Assembly (NCBI GenBank): GCA_003223995.1
Contig: QHYA01000061.1
Span: 2,259 to 66,258 of the forward strand
Direction of reading: 5' to 3'
Origin: Acidobacteriota bacterium
GTDB taxonomy: Bacteria; Acidobacteriota; Polarisedimenticolia; QHYA01
Length of the DNA: 64,000 nt
Shown here: one piece after another, positions 10,629-20,138 of the stretch
Position numbering within the stretch: position 1 is the first letter of the stretch
Layout of the letters: each line of letters begins with the position of its first letter
The notes under the pieces: generated by a model
Told to the model about the DNA's origin: nothing
What the model saw: the letters and a program-made list of their open reading frames with translations, nothing else
Database searches by the model: none
Translations under genes and position numbers: made by a program

Positions 10629-13376
10629 CTAGATCTTGTCAATGCCGGCCGGTGCCGCCTCCGGCATGAATGAGCCACGTTTCTCGGCGGCCAGCAATTC
10701 GATGTAGGCAAAGGTCTCGACAGCCTCCTTCTGGAGCCGGTCGAGGGCTTCCGCAGCCAGCGACAAGTCCTCCGCCCGGGCCATCATCTCCAGATTCCTG
10801 GCCGTCTCGGCCATCGGAAGGATTCCCAGCATCCCGGCGCTCCCCTTCAAGCCGTGGGCCTCGCGCTCGAGCTGGCTCGCGTCCGTCGCGGCGACAGCGG
10901 CCCCGATCCGCTCGATCTGACCCTCCGCCCATTCGCGGAAGAGCTCCAGCGCTTCGCGCAGAAGCTTCTCTTCCCCCAGATGGCGCTCGAGGGCGCCCTC
11001 CCAGTCGATGAAGGGCGGCCGCTCCTGCGCCCCGTCGGCGTCCCGGGATCGCCCAGCCGAGCCGGCGCCGGCAGGCTCCGTCCGACAAGCGACCGGAGAT
11101 CCCGCATCTACAGCCGTGCCGGGAGACCCCGCCCCCGAGAGCGGAAGGTACTTCTGGAGGAGAGCGTCCAGATCCGCGGGCTGAAACGGCTTCGACAGTT
11201 GTTCGTTCATTCCGGCGAGAAGGAATCGGCTGCGGTCGCCGGCGAGAACGTGGGCCGTCATCGCGATGACGGGCAGGTCGCGCCACCGCGAGTCGGATCG
11301 GAGCCGTCTCGTAGCCTGGAGCCCATCCATCTCCGGCATTTGCACATCCATCAGCACCAGATCGAACTCCTGGCGCTCGAGCGCCTGCAGTGCCTGCCGG
11401 CCGGTTTCCACGATGACCACCTCGTGTCCGCGGTGCCGCAGCAGCATCTCGGCAACGCGCTGATTGACCGGGCTGTCCTCGGCCACGAGGATGCGTCCCC
11501 TTCGGGTCGCGCTCCTGCGCGCGCTGTACTGGGTCACGATCCGCTCGGGTCCGCCGAAAACAGCGAGAGACAGCGCTCCGCGGATCACCTGCTGGAGCTG
11601 AGAGGACTTGATCGGCTTGGTCATGTATCCAGCGCAGCCCGCATCTCGGGCCCGCGCCGCGTCTCCGCGGATGCCGAAGCTGCTGAGCATGAGGACCATG
11701 GCGTCGGACATTGCCGGATCCGCCCGTATCTCGCGCGTCGCGGCGAAACCGTCCATTCCGGGCAGCCCCATATCCATCAAGACCACCCGGAAGGGATCCG
11801 AGGTTCGGGCGGCCTCTCTCATCAGCGGCAGGGCGTCCTCACCCGTCGTGACGGATTCCGGCCTGCAGCCCCACGATTGCAGGACCTCCTGCAGGAACCT
11901 GCGGCTGGTCTCGCTGTCGTCCACGACGAGCGCCTTGACGCCCGACAGCTCGACCCCGCAGGGGACCGGCTCGTCCTCCTCCGCCAGCTCCATGGGGGCC
12001 ACGAGAGTGAAAGCGCTCCCCTTCCCCGGCCGGCTTTCCAGCTCGATGCGCCCGTCCATCATGAGGGCAATCTCCCGAACGATCGCCAGACCCAGCCCGG
12101 TCCCGCCGTATTTCCGCGTCGTGTCGGGCTCGGCCTGAGAGAAGGGCTCGAAGATCCTTTCCTGCTCCTCGCCGCCGATGCCGATTCCGGTGTCCCTGAC
12201 CGCGAAGCGAAGCACCGGCTTGCCGTCCCTCGCTCCCTCGGCCGAGACCCGCACGACCACCTCTCCCGCCTCGGTGAACTTCAGGGCGTTGGAGACGAGG
12301 TTGACCAGGACCTGCCTCAGCCTCCCAGGGTCCCCATTCAGGCGGCGGGGCACGCCGGTATCGATCCCGCAAACAAGCTCCAGCCCCTTCCTGGCCGCCT
12401 GCTCGGCAAACTGGTCCACAAGGGAGTCGAGCATGTCCCCCAGGTCGAATTCCGTCTTCTCGAGGCGCATTTTCCCCGCCTCGATCTTCGAGAAGTCGAG
12501 GATGTCGTTGATGAGTTGGAGGAGGACATCGCCGGAGTTCTTGAGCATATCGAGGTACTGGCGCTGCTCGTCGGTCACGTCCGTCTCGAAGAGAAGGTTC
12601 GTGATTCCGATGATGCCGCTCATCGGCGTGCGGATCTCGTGGCTGACACTCGCGGCGAAGCGCTGCTTCACCCTCGCGGCCTCCTCCGCCGTCAGCTTCG
12701 CTTGCTCGAGCCGGTGGTTGGCCTCGATGAGAGCCTGCCGGCCGGCCTCCAGCTCGTACTCGTCGCGCAGGTGATGCCTGCGGCCGCGGTTGATCTGGAT
12801 GGCCGTGCCGGCCGAGAGGAGGAACAGCATGGCCACGACGGCGGCGACCCGCACGCCTCCCAACTCGCTCGGCCTGACCAGTATCGCGGCGGTCAGGCTG
12901 AGCGCCAGTGGAACCGAGAAGAGCATGAAAGCGTGGATGCTGGCTTCCAGCGTCGCGGCGGCCATCACCATCAGACCCGCGAGCACGAGCACCAGTACCA
13001 TCTCGTCACGCGTGCCAGCGGTTCGAAGGCCGAATCCGGCGGCGGCGGCCCAGGCGCAGCCGGTCGCCGCGCAGGCCGCGAGGAAGAGCTTGCGGGCGCT
13101 TGCCGGGCGCAAAGCGCCCACGGCGAAGCGTACGCAGACGACGAGCCCCCCACCGGCGACGGCAACGACGAGACAGATGCTGGCCAGAACGGCAAGTCCC
13201 GGCAGCTCCGTCAGCAGCAGCAGCCCCGTCGCGGAGGCGGCCAGGACCTGCATGATGCTCGCGGCGCGGCCCCGCTGCAGGAGCACGGGGAGAAGGTCGT
13301 CCCGAAGCCGGGATGCCAGATCGTCTTCCGGGCCGGCCACCTGAGGTAATTTCCCCTCCACGGCTGTTCGCCGCAC
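10629..13376 (-). CDS. hybrid sensor histidine kinase / response regulator (TM sensor - HisKA - HATPase_c - REC - REC - Hpt)
   Basis: 915 aa; multiple N-terminal TM helices; H-box SHEIRTPMSGIIGITNLL; G-boxes GTGLGLAIV; two receiver domains (KALVVDDSETSRR...VLMDMGLPGMDG and RILVAEDSPVNQRV...DLVLMDVQMPEMDG); C-terminal Hpt (HGLKGSAGMLGI). Confidence 0.9.
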   Translation of the reverse strand: MRRTAVEGKLPQVAGPEDDLASRLRDDLLPVLLQRGRAASIMQVLAASATGLLLLTELPGLAVLASICLVVAVAGGGLVVCVRFAVGALRPASARKLFLAACAATGCAWAAAAGFGLRTAGTRDEMVLVLVLAGLMVMAAATLEASIHAFMLFSVPLALSLTAAILVRPSELGGVRVAAVVAMLFLLSAGTAIQINRGRRHHLRDEYELEAGRQALIEANHRLEQAKLTAEEAARVKQRFAASVSHEIRTPMSGIIGITNLLFETDVTDEQRQYLDMLKNSGDVLLQLINDILDFSKIEAGKMRLEKTEFDLGDMLDSLVDQFAEQAARKGLELVCGIDTGVPRRLNGDPGRLRQVLVNLVSNALKFTEAGEVVVRVSAEGARDGKPVLRFAVRDTGIGIGGEEQERIFEPFSQAEPDTTRKYGGTGLGLAIVREIALMMDGRIELESRPGKGSAFTLVAPMELAEEDEPVPCGVELSGVKALVVDDSETSRRFLQEVLQSWGCRPESVTTGEDALPLMREAARTSDPFRVVLMDMGLPGMDGFAATREIRADPAMSDAMVLMLSSFGIRGDAARARDAGCAGYMTKPIKSSQLQQVIRGALSLAVFGGPERIVTQYSARRSATRRGRILVAEDSPVNQRVAEMLLRHRGHEVVIVETGRQALQALERQEFDLVLMDVQMPEMDGLQATRRLRSDSRWRDLPVIAMTAHVLAGDRSRFLLAGMNEQLSKPFQPADLDALLQKYLPLSGAGSPGTAVDAGSPVACRTEPAGAGSAGRSRDADGAQERPPFIDWEGALERHLGEEKLLREALELFREWAEGQIERIGAAVAATDASQLEREAHGLKGSAGMLGILPMAETARNLEMMARAEDLSLAAEALDRLQKEAVETFAYIELLAAEKRGSFMPEAAPAGIDKI

Positions 13377-13527
13377 AGGCCCGTGCAGCTTCTCCGGGCT
13401 GCTAGGTCAAGCTTGTGGCCTCTCCGAGCGGAGCTGCCTGGTGCAAACATGGGGCGCATCCCAGGGGTTGTCCAGCAACTGCCGGGGCCACTCTCCAGCG
13501 AAATAGGCTCCCAGAACCGGTTTCCCC

Positions 13528-13555
13528 TTGACCCGGCGGGGTTTCGCCGTAGAGT
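13528..13555 (+). promoter_or_regulatory. sigma-70-like promoter (-35 TTGACC 13528-13533, 16-nt spacer, -10 TAGAGT 13550-13555) for the GTG-start ORF at 13580
   Basis: ccccTTGACCcggcggggtttcgccgTAGAGTcaagaggacacagcggggggctgcGTG; the purine-rich stretch aagagg/gggggg forms an RBS. Confidence 0.35.
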
Positions 13556-13579
13556 CAAGAGGACACAGCGGGGGGCTGC

Positions 13580-13999
13580 GTGACCAGGGACGCAAAGACT
13601 CTCGGCGGGCTCATCGAGGAATGCGCTAGACGGACTGGAGCACCGAGGTCCGTCGTCGAGATGGTCCGACTGCTTTTCTCCATGAAGGGGGTCTCCCTCG
13701 AGGCGGACCCGGAGCCCTACATGGCCGACCTCGAAGAGTTCTTCCCGGCCGGCGTCAGGTTCTACGTCGAAGAATCGTTCCACCGAAAGGAAGACCGAGC
13801 AGGGTCTCCCGAGACATTCTCGCCTGGCTCCTTGCAGCCGCTCCCCCTTCCCGGGGTGTTAGAGAGCCGGCTGGAGAGGCTCAGGATTCGGGCGGCCAGG
13901 ATAATGACCCCGCCGCCTCGCCGGCCTTTCAAGGCCCGCGCACGTGTCCCCGGACTCGGAGAAGTCATCCTCGTCCCCGGCCCAGAAGATCTTCAATAG
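13580..13999 (+). CDS. hypothetical protein
   Basis: 139 aa, GTG start; supported mainly by the upstream promoter-like motif plus RBS and its divergent position relative to the histidine kinase; no recognisable domain. Confidence 0.4.
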   Translation: MTRDAKTLGGLIEECARRTGAPRSVVEMVRLLFSMKGVSLEADPEPYMADLEEFFPAGVRFYVEESFHRKEDRAGSPETFSPGSLQPLPLPGVLESRLERLRIRAARIMTPPPRRPFKARARVPGLGEVILVPGPEDLQ

Positions 14000-14046
14000 C
14001 GGTCGGCCCTTCCGATTCATCTCCCGGAAGGCGGCTCGGCGGAGCT

Positions 14047-14886
14047 CTAGCTGCCGGCGAGCGCGCCGTGCCCGGCCTTCATCCGGCCGACTCGATCCTC
14101 GAACTCCTTGAGGTGCTCGAAAGAAGGGTTGAGGGCGCGCAGTTGTCCCAGGGACTGCTCTGCGGAGGCAGCGTCGCCCAGCTCGAGCGCGGCGACCACT
14201 GAATAGGCGGCTGCGGGCCAGAATTTCGGGTCGTGCCGCATCGCCTCACGGCACTTCTCCAGAGCTTCCTTCGGCTGCCGGAGGTTCAGCAGGCAAAGCC
14301 CCAGCGAGGTCCAGGCCTCGGCATCGTGCGGGTTCACTTCGACCGCTTGCTGGTAGTACTGCCTGGACTGCTCGTACTTGCCGGCGCTCGTGTAAAGCTC
14401 TCCGAGCTGCATCAGCGCCGCGAAGTTCTTCGGGTCCTTGGCAATGGCCTCCTTGAGCCGGCTGATCTCCTGGAGCACCTTGCCCATCGCAGCCATCCCC
14501 GCCGGGCCTGCAGCCATGCCCGGATCCATGCCGCCCGTCGATGGGGCCGGGCCGGGAGATCCCTCCCCTTCCGGCAGACTTCCCGGAGTCCCTGCGAGGC
14601 TCCCCGCGATCGATGGGCTTGCGGGAGGAACCGCCAGCACGCCCGGCTTGAAGAAGACGAAACCGAGCAGCAACCCCGTCACCAGCCCGAAGACGATCCC
14701 TCCCAGCAGGAAAGCTCCCTGTTCCCGGTTCAATCGGTCTCCCGCCAGACAGGCCGTCCGATCCGCAGCCACCGTGTACCGCTCACACAGAAAACCACCT
14801 TCACGGGCGATGCCCGATCCGAGAGAAAACGCAGCAATTCGAAGATCGCGCGAGGCGAGTCTATCGACTGGCCCGGAGAGCGTCAA
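14047..14886 (-). CDS. membrane-anchored TPR-repeat protein
   Basis: 279 aa; TM helix GAFLLGGIVFGLVTGLLLGFVFF; Pro/Gly-rich linker; C-terminal TPRs (FAALMQLGELYTSAGKYEQSRQYYQQAVEVNPHDAEAWTSLGLCLLNLRQPKEALEKCREAMRHDP); 26-nt overlap with the upstream ASPIC gene. Confidence 0.6.
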   Translation of the reverse strand: MTLSGPVDRLASRDLRIAAFSLGSGIAREGGFLCERYTVAADRTACLAGDRLNREQGAFLLGGIVFGLVTGLLLGFVFFKPGVLAVPPASPSIAGSLAGTPGSLPEGEGSPGPAPSTGGMDPGMAAGPAGMAAMGKVLQEISRLKEAIAKDPKNFAALMQLGELYTSAGKYEQSRQYYQQAVEVNPHDAEAWTSLGLCLLNLRQPKEALEKCREAMRHDPKFWPAAAYSVVAALELGDAASAEQSLGQLRALNPSFEHLKEFEDRVGRMKAGHGALAGS

Positions 14887-16600
14887 CCGAACGAAAGGTC
14901 TCGTCTCCTTCGACGATGGCGATCGCGCGACGGGCGGGAAGGTCGTGGAAGGCCTGCTTGAGGCCCGAGGGCCAGGTGACCTCCAATGAATCCGCCTTGT
15001 CAGCGGAGTAGAGTCCGAAGGTGACGGCCTTCTCGCTCTGGGAGCAATATGAGGACGCTCCCCTGAGGTCGCGCCGGAGCGTCCGGCCTCTCACGGTCAG
15101 AACCAGCTCGGCGCCGAAGGCATCGCGGGCGCTCTTCCTGCCTTCCAGCATCACCCGGAGCCAGGAGGAAGCATTTCCGCCGTCGTTGCGCAGCAGGTAG
15201 GCGGGACCCCCATTCGTGGTCAAGAGGATGTCCATGTCACCGTCGCCGTCGTAGTCCCCGGCGGCGGCGCCTCGGGCGACGATCAGTCTCTGGAACGGAG
15301 TTCCCGCGCGGGGCGAGGTTTCCTCGAACCTGCCTCCGCTGAGGTTGCGGAAGAGGTGCGGCTTCTCCGCGTAGGTGACATCCTTTTGCACGGCATTGAT
15401 GTCCGGCTCGACATGGCCGTTCGCAACGAAGATGTCGGGCAGTCCGTCGAGGTCGTAGTCGAAGAAGAACGTGCCGAAAGCGAGCGTCAGCAGGCTGGGG
15501 GGGCCGATGCCGGCCGAGGCGGCGTCGTCCACATACAGGTTCCCCCCCTCGTTGTGGTAGAGGGCGACCATCTCGTTGGAGAAGTTTCCGATGACCAGCG
15601 ACTCCCGGCCGGATAAGTCGTAGTCCGCAGCGTCGATCCCCATGGCGCCCCTCGCCACGCCGGCCTCCGAGAAGGCGATCCCGACCTCGCGGCCGATCTC
15701 CCGGAACGTCCCGTCGCCGTTGTTTCTGTAGAGGTAGTTGGGCTGCGTGTCGTTGGCCACGGCGATGTCGGGCAACCCGTCGCCGTCGTGATCGAAGACG
15801 ACCACCCCCAGGGACTTCCCGCTCTCGTTGTATATCCCCGCCTTCTTGGAGACATCCTCGAAGGTCCCGTCGCCCCGGTTCCTGAACAACCGGTTCGTCG
15901 CGCCATGGTAGGACTCGGGGGTGCAGTAAGACTTGTGGGTGCCGTCGAGCGTGCAGAACAGGTCCGTCTCGGAAGTCCAGGCGACGTAGTTGCAAACGAA
16001 CAGATCCAGAAAGCCGTCGCGATCGTAGTCGAGAAACGTCGCGCTGGAACCGAACGCGGGATCGGATACGCCCGCCCGGGCGGTGACGTCCTCGAACGTG
16101 CCGTCTCCTCTGTTGCGGAAGAGGTGATCCAGCCCGAGAGCGTTCAGGAAGATGTCGGGATGGCCATCGTTGTCGTAATCACCCACCGCGACGCCCAGAC
16201 CGTACGACTCCACGGCGAGATGGGCCTTCGCGGTGACGTTTTCGAATGTCCCGTCGCCCCGGTTGCGGTAGAGAGCAGGCAGGGTGGGTCCGGACCTCTT
16301 TCGCCGCGCCAAGGGGCATGAGTTGACGAGGAAGATGTCCAGCCGCCCGTCGCCGTCGTAGTCGAGGAAGGCGCAGCCGGCCCCCATCGTTTCCGGAAGG
16401 TATTTCTTTCCGAACGCTCCTGTCTCGTGCTCGAAAGCGATGCCCGCCTCACGAGTCACATCGGCGAAGGTCACGACCGGAGCTGGAGCCGTCTCCGCCG
16501 CCTTCGAGCCGCTGGCCGGCTTGCCAGCCGAGCAGGCAGCGCCGAGAAGGACAAGGGAAACGCAGCAGAGACCTGCAGTGGCTCTAGCGTGACCGCTCAC
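14861..16600 (-). CDS. ASPIC/UnbV-domain FG-GAP-repeat lipoprotein (CRTAC1 family)
   Basis: 579 aa; lipoprotein signal LLGAACSAG; five or more FG-GAP-like repeats (FRNRGDGTFEDVT, DYDNDGHPDIF, DHDGDGLPDIAVAN); C-terminal UnbV_ASPIC signature (SWLRVMLEGRKSARDAFGAELVLTV...VTWPSG). Confidence 0.85.
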   Translation of the reverse strand: MSGHARATAGLCCVSLVLLGAACSAGKPASGSKAAETAPAPVVTFADVTREAGIAFEHETGAFGKKYLPETMGAGCAFLDYDGDGRLDIFLVNSCPLARRKRSGPTLPALYRNRGDGTFENVTAKAHLAVESYGLGVAVGDYDNDGHPDIFLNALGLDHLFRNRGDGTFEDVTARAGVSDPAFGSSATFLDYDRDGFLDLFVCNYVAWTSETDLFCTLDGTHKSYCTPESYHGATNRLFRNRGDGTFEDVSKKAGIYNESGKSLGVVVFDHDGDGLPDIAVANDTQPNYLYRNNGDGTFREIGREVGIAFSEAGVARGAMGIDAADYDLSGRESLVIGNFSNEMVALYHNEGGNLYVDDAASAGIGPPSLLTLAFGTFFFDYDLDGLPDIFVANGHVEPDINAVQKDVTYAEKPHLFRNLSGGRFEETSPRAGTPFQRLIVARGAAAGDYDGDGDMDILLTTNGGPAYLLRNDGGNASSWLRVMLEGRKSARDAFGAELVLTVRGRTLRRDLRGASSYCSQSEKAVTFGLYSADKADSLEVTWPSGLKQAFHDLPARRAIAIVEGDETFRSVDALRASR

Positions 16601-19600
16601 CGGGAGGTATCCGCTCCTTTCGGTGTGGGAATCGCCGTCGGAGCGATTGGCGCAGTGGTCGCGGGGCCGATCCTTGCGGAAACCGGCGGGGCAGGATTCG
16701 CGGCCGCACGAGTTTCCCGCGCGGGGGCCGTCGCCTGCGGACGCCCCTGATTGACGCCGCTCGCCGCAGCAAGGTTCAGCGGCGTCCAGGTCGAGTCGTG
16801 CTCGTGGATGGCCTGGCGCTCACGGTTGTCGTCCGGGTTCAGGAGGCGGAACGCTCCCGTCAGGAACTGGGAGCTCTCATCCGCCTTGAAGCGCGCATAG
16901 AGCTGCTCGTGGGTTTTCGCCATCGCTTCGTCGTGCAGCCCACGGTAGCAGAGCATGAGATTGTAGTGCGCCGTCAGGTCCTCGGCATCCACTGCGAGGG
17001 TCCGCTTGAAGGCCTCGACCGCGTCGCCGAACTGCCTCTTGAGGAACAGGATCCTCCCGATGGCGTTCAGAACGACCCGATCGCGCGGAAAGGCAGCCGC
17101 GGCCTTCCGCAGCTCTCCGAGGGCCTCGTCATAGCGGCCAAACGAGCGCAGGGCGACGCCGCGGAAGTAGTGGGCCTTCGGCAGGGCCGGATCGACCTTC
17201 AGCGCCCGGTCCAGGTGCTCCAGCGCCCGGGAGTGGTCCCCCTCCTCGACGGCGACCCGGGCCCTGTTCACCCATCCATCGGCGTATCCCGGCTCCAGCT
17301 CGGCCACTTTCGTGAAGGCGTCATCAGCTCCCTTGAAGTCCTTCTGGAGGAGAAGACCGATGCCGTAGTCGTTCCACCGTTCCCGGTCCTTCGCGTTCGG
17401 GGCGGGAGGCAAGGGGTTCGGCCCGACCTTCACCAACTTGGTGTCCTCGGCGACAACGATCGTGGGCAGGTCAGGAATTCCCTTGATGCTGCCAGAGACA
17501 TCCGAGGTGTCGCCTGTGAACACCCAGCGCCCGTCATCATAGTCGGCAGACAGAGCGGGCTGCGGCTGGGACGGATCCCGCATCCCCGCGAAGGAGAACC
17601 TCGTGTAGAACCAACTGAACTTCCGGTAGTTCATCCGGGCAGTGAGCTTCACGGGACCCGCAACATCCCGCGGCAGGCGCAGGCGGAAGTGCGCCGTGTC
17701 GGCCGCCCCCGGGGGGATGAGACGGACGTAGGCGATCGCTCGCGCTGCCCAGGCGTTTCTCTTGTTGATCCGGTTGCCGTGCTCGTCGAGCAGCAGGGAC
17801 TTGTAGAAGTGAGCGCCCGGATCGACAGGCCCCTTCCCCTCATCGGCGATCCAGCCGCTCCAGTAGAGGACCCGCCCGGCAGCGTCCTCGGCCTTCAACT
17901 CGAGCCAGACGTCGAAGGCGTCTACGGTCCCTCCGGGGAAGAAGTGTCCGATCTTCCGGGTCCTCGCAACGACGTCCACCCGGACCGTGGAGCCGGCTCG
18001 GGCCGCTGCTTCGGCCCTCTCGATGGGGGCGATGATCTCGCGGGGCGCGGCGGCCGGGGCGGCCCCCATGCCTCCTCCGAACCCTCCCTCCTCCGGGAAC
18101 ATCGACTGGGCGGCAGGGGGCGTTTCCGTCGTGGATCGGGCTGCCGGCCCCCCCCGCGACTTCCGGGATGGATTCGAGACGGGGGCCGATATCTCCGGCT
18201 CCTCCGACACCGCGAAGATGTCGAGGGTGAGGATGCCGTTCTGGAGGAAGTTCTTCACCGTCTCGAACTGGACCTTGTCCCCGTTCGCAAGCGGCAGGGC
18301 CGTGTTGGCGGCGGGGAAGCGATGGCTGTGAACGAATCCGTTGATGTTCGCCATGTCGTTCGACTTCACGAGGGGCATGTGGCAGGAGCCGCACTTCTTG
18401 GGGCCGTCGGGAGGATAGTAGAAAGCGCGCGCTCCCTGGCCCGAAACGCCGCTCTGCTGCCAGGCATCATAGTCGTTGAACCCGCGGAACCAGCGGTAGT
18501 GGTTGACCGGAACATCGAGATGGACTTTGTGACAGGAGGAGCAGAACTCCGGCGTGGAACTGCGATGGAAGGGCTTCAGCATCGTCTGCTTGTGCGGCGC
18601 AGGGTCGAGGCGGACCATGAAGTCGTGAAGGTGTCGCAGGTAGGGGTTCTCGCTCGCCACGAGCCGGTGCATCTCCGGATACTCCAGCGTGAAGCCCCCC
18701 TGCCCCATGGTGTCGGAGACATGAACGATGGAGTGGCAGACGAGGCATGCGATCCCGGCCTGGGCCTGAGGCGTGTGGATCTGCTGCTTGATCGGCGTGT
18801 CCATCCGGCCTGTCAAGAGGACCGCCATGTCGTGGCAGCCGCCGCACCACTTGGAGGGCTTGGTGCCGATGACGTCCTGCATGTATTCGACAGACTTGCG
18901 GTACCACTGGTTGTTGAAGGAGGAGAAGTGGTGGGCCGAGGACTCCCACTGGGCCGTGATGTCGGGATGGCATCCTTTGTTCCCGCAGGCCTTCGACTCC
19001 AGGAAAAAATCGGAGGGGATGAGCTTGCCGGAAGCGGTCTTGTTGGACGACGGAAAATAAGGACTGTCCCTGCCCCCTCCCTCCTCATTAGGGGTCAACG
19101 GCGGCAGGGACGGATTCGTGATGGTCGAAACATGGACGGGGCGGAGCCACTCGTGGCCGCGCACCGCAAGCGGGAACAGCATGACGACGCCAACGAGGGC
19201 GGCGACCGTGCGGGGGCGATGAGTGCCTCCCGCGCCCCAGGAGACACGCGAGGCAAGGACGGCAAGGCTGGCGAGAAAAGCGACGGCCCCCGCCTCGTGC
19301 ACCCGCAGCTTCCACAGGTGCGGGGAGGCCGTGCCGACCTTGATGAGCCAGATCCCCGTCGTTCCCATGACAATCGAGGCGACCACGAAGATGGCGGTGG
19401 TGAAGGGGTGGGGGTGGGCCTCGCCTGCCGGGTCTCGCTCGCCCTCGCCCACCTTCCCTTGCAGCCACCGGATCGCGATGAGCAGCAGCGCTCCGACCAG
19501 CAGCACGCCCAGCACGACATGTGCGACCACGTTCGCGTGGTAGAAGATGGTTGGGCTGTCGAATGCGGCGAGATAGGAGGCGTTGAGGGCTATGAAGGCC

Positions 19601-19671
19601 ACAAGCCCCGCGAAGAGAATCCGTCTCCCCATCCCCTCTCCGCTTGTGGAAGGATGTCCGGTAGAGTTCAT
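16597..19671 (-). CDS. membrane-bound multiheme cytochrome c (CbcL-like: N-terminal polytopic His-rich membrane domain + periplasmic multi-heme c domain) fused to a C-terminal TPR domain
   Basis: 1024 aa; ~5 N-terminal TM helices with conserved His (HANVVAHVVLGVLLVG, HPHPFTTAIF, HEWLRPVH); CxxCH heme motifs CGGCH, CLVCH, CSSCH, CGSCH plus an atypical CGNKGCH; C-terminal TPR repeats (YADGWVNRARVAVEEGDHSRALEHLDRALKVDPALPKAHYFRGVAL...). 4-nt ATGA overlap with the ASPIC gene suggests an operon. Confidence 0.85.
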   Translation of the reverse strand: MNSTGHPSTSGEGMGRRILFAGLVAFIALNASYLAAFDSPTIFYHANVVAHVVLGVLLVGALLLIAIRWLQGKVGEGERDPAGEAHPHPFTTAIFVVASIVMGTTGIWLIKVGTASPHLWKLRVHEAGAVAFLASLAVLASRVSWGAGGTHRPRTVAALVGVVMLFPLAVRGHEWLRPVHVSTITNPSLPPLTPNEEGGGRDSPYFPSSNKTASGKLIPSDFFLESKACGNKGCHPDITAQWESSAHHFSSFNNQWYRKSVEYMQDVIGTKPSKWCGGCHDMAVLLTGRMDTPIKQQIHTPQAQAGIACLVCHSIVHVSDTMGQGGFTLEYPEMHRLVASENPYLRHLHDFMVRLDPAPHKQTMLKPFHRSSTPEFCSSCHKVHLDVPVNHYRWFRGFNDYDAWQQSGVSGQGARAFYYPPDGPKKCGSCHMPLVKSNDMANINGFVHSHRFPAANTALPLANGDKVQFETVKNFLQNGILTLDIFAVSEEPEISAPVSNPSRKSRGGPAARSTTETPPAAQSMFPEEGGFGGGMGAAPAAAPREIIAPIERAEAAARAGSTVRVDVVARTRKIGHFFPGGTVDAFDVWLELKAEDAAGRVLYWSGWIADEGKGPVDPGAHFYKSLLLDEHGNRINKRNAWAARAIAYVRLIPPGAADTAHFRLRLPRDVAGPVKLTARMNYRKFSWFYTRFSFAGMRDPSQPQPALSADYDDGRWVFTGDTSDVSGSIKGIPDLPTIVVAEDTKLVKVGPNPLPPAPNAKDRERWNDYGIGLLLQKDFKGADDAFTKVAELEPGYADGWVNRARVAVEEGDHSRALEHLDRALKVDPALPKAHYFRGVALRSFGRYDEALGELRKAAAAFPRDRVVLNAIGRILFLKRQFGDAVEAFKRTLAVDAEDLTAHYNLMLCYRGLHDEAMAKTHEQLYARFKADESSQFLTGAFRLLNPDDNRERQAIHEHDSTWTPLNLAAASGVNQGRPQATAPARETRAAANPAPPVSARIGPATTAPIAPTAIPTPKGADTSR

Positions 19672-20138
19672 TGGAACCTGTGAAGTTACCCCGCCCGGGG
19701 GCCGAAATCAATCCGCCCGAGATCCCGCGGATTCCGCGTCATCCATGCATCCGACGCACACCCTTTCCATGCTCCCTGGGGAGACCTCGCCGCGAGGAAC
19801 TCCACGCCCTTGCGCACTCGTCGACTGCCAGCGAAGCGATCTGCCATACTCGTGCCAGCCGACGGCGAGGCGCAAACCCTCGCCTCGCCCTCGCAATGAA
19901 CCGTCTCAAATGAGGAGGCGCCATCACTTGTTCTCGACCGAACTTCTCCTTGCGGTCGCCCTCGGGCGGAACGAATTCACTCCCTGAGCCCCCGCTAACC
20001 GGGAAATCCTATGAGGCCCGCTTGATTTGTATGATTGGGGGGCTTCGAAGCCCTCGGCCCTGCTCGCCGAGAGGCTCGTCATGGGCATCCTCGAGCTGGT
20101 CTCGCACCCGTGCTGATGATTCCTGAAAGGCAAGATCG

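Noticed and set aside
10854-13349. 831-aa plus-strand ORF
   Set aside because: Entirely antisense to the well-supported hybrid histidine kinase. Low-complexity Arg/Gly/Pro-rich translation typical of GC-rich antisense frames
16798-19683. 961-aa plus-strand ORF
   Set aside because: Antisense to the multiheme cytochrome gene. No domains, R/G/P-rich composition
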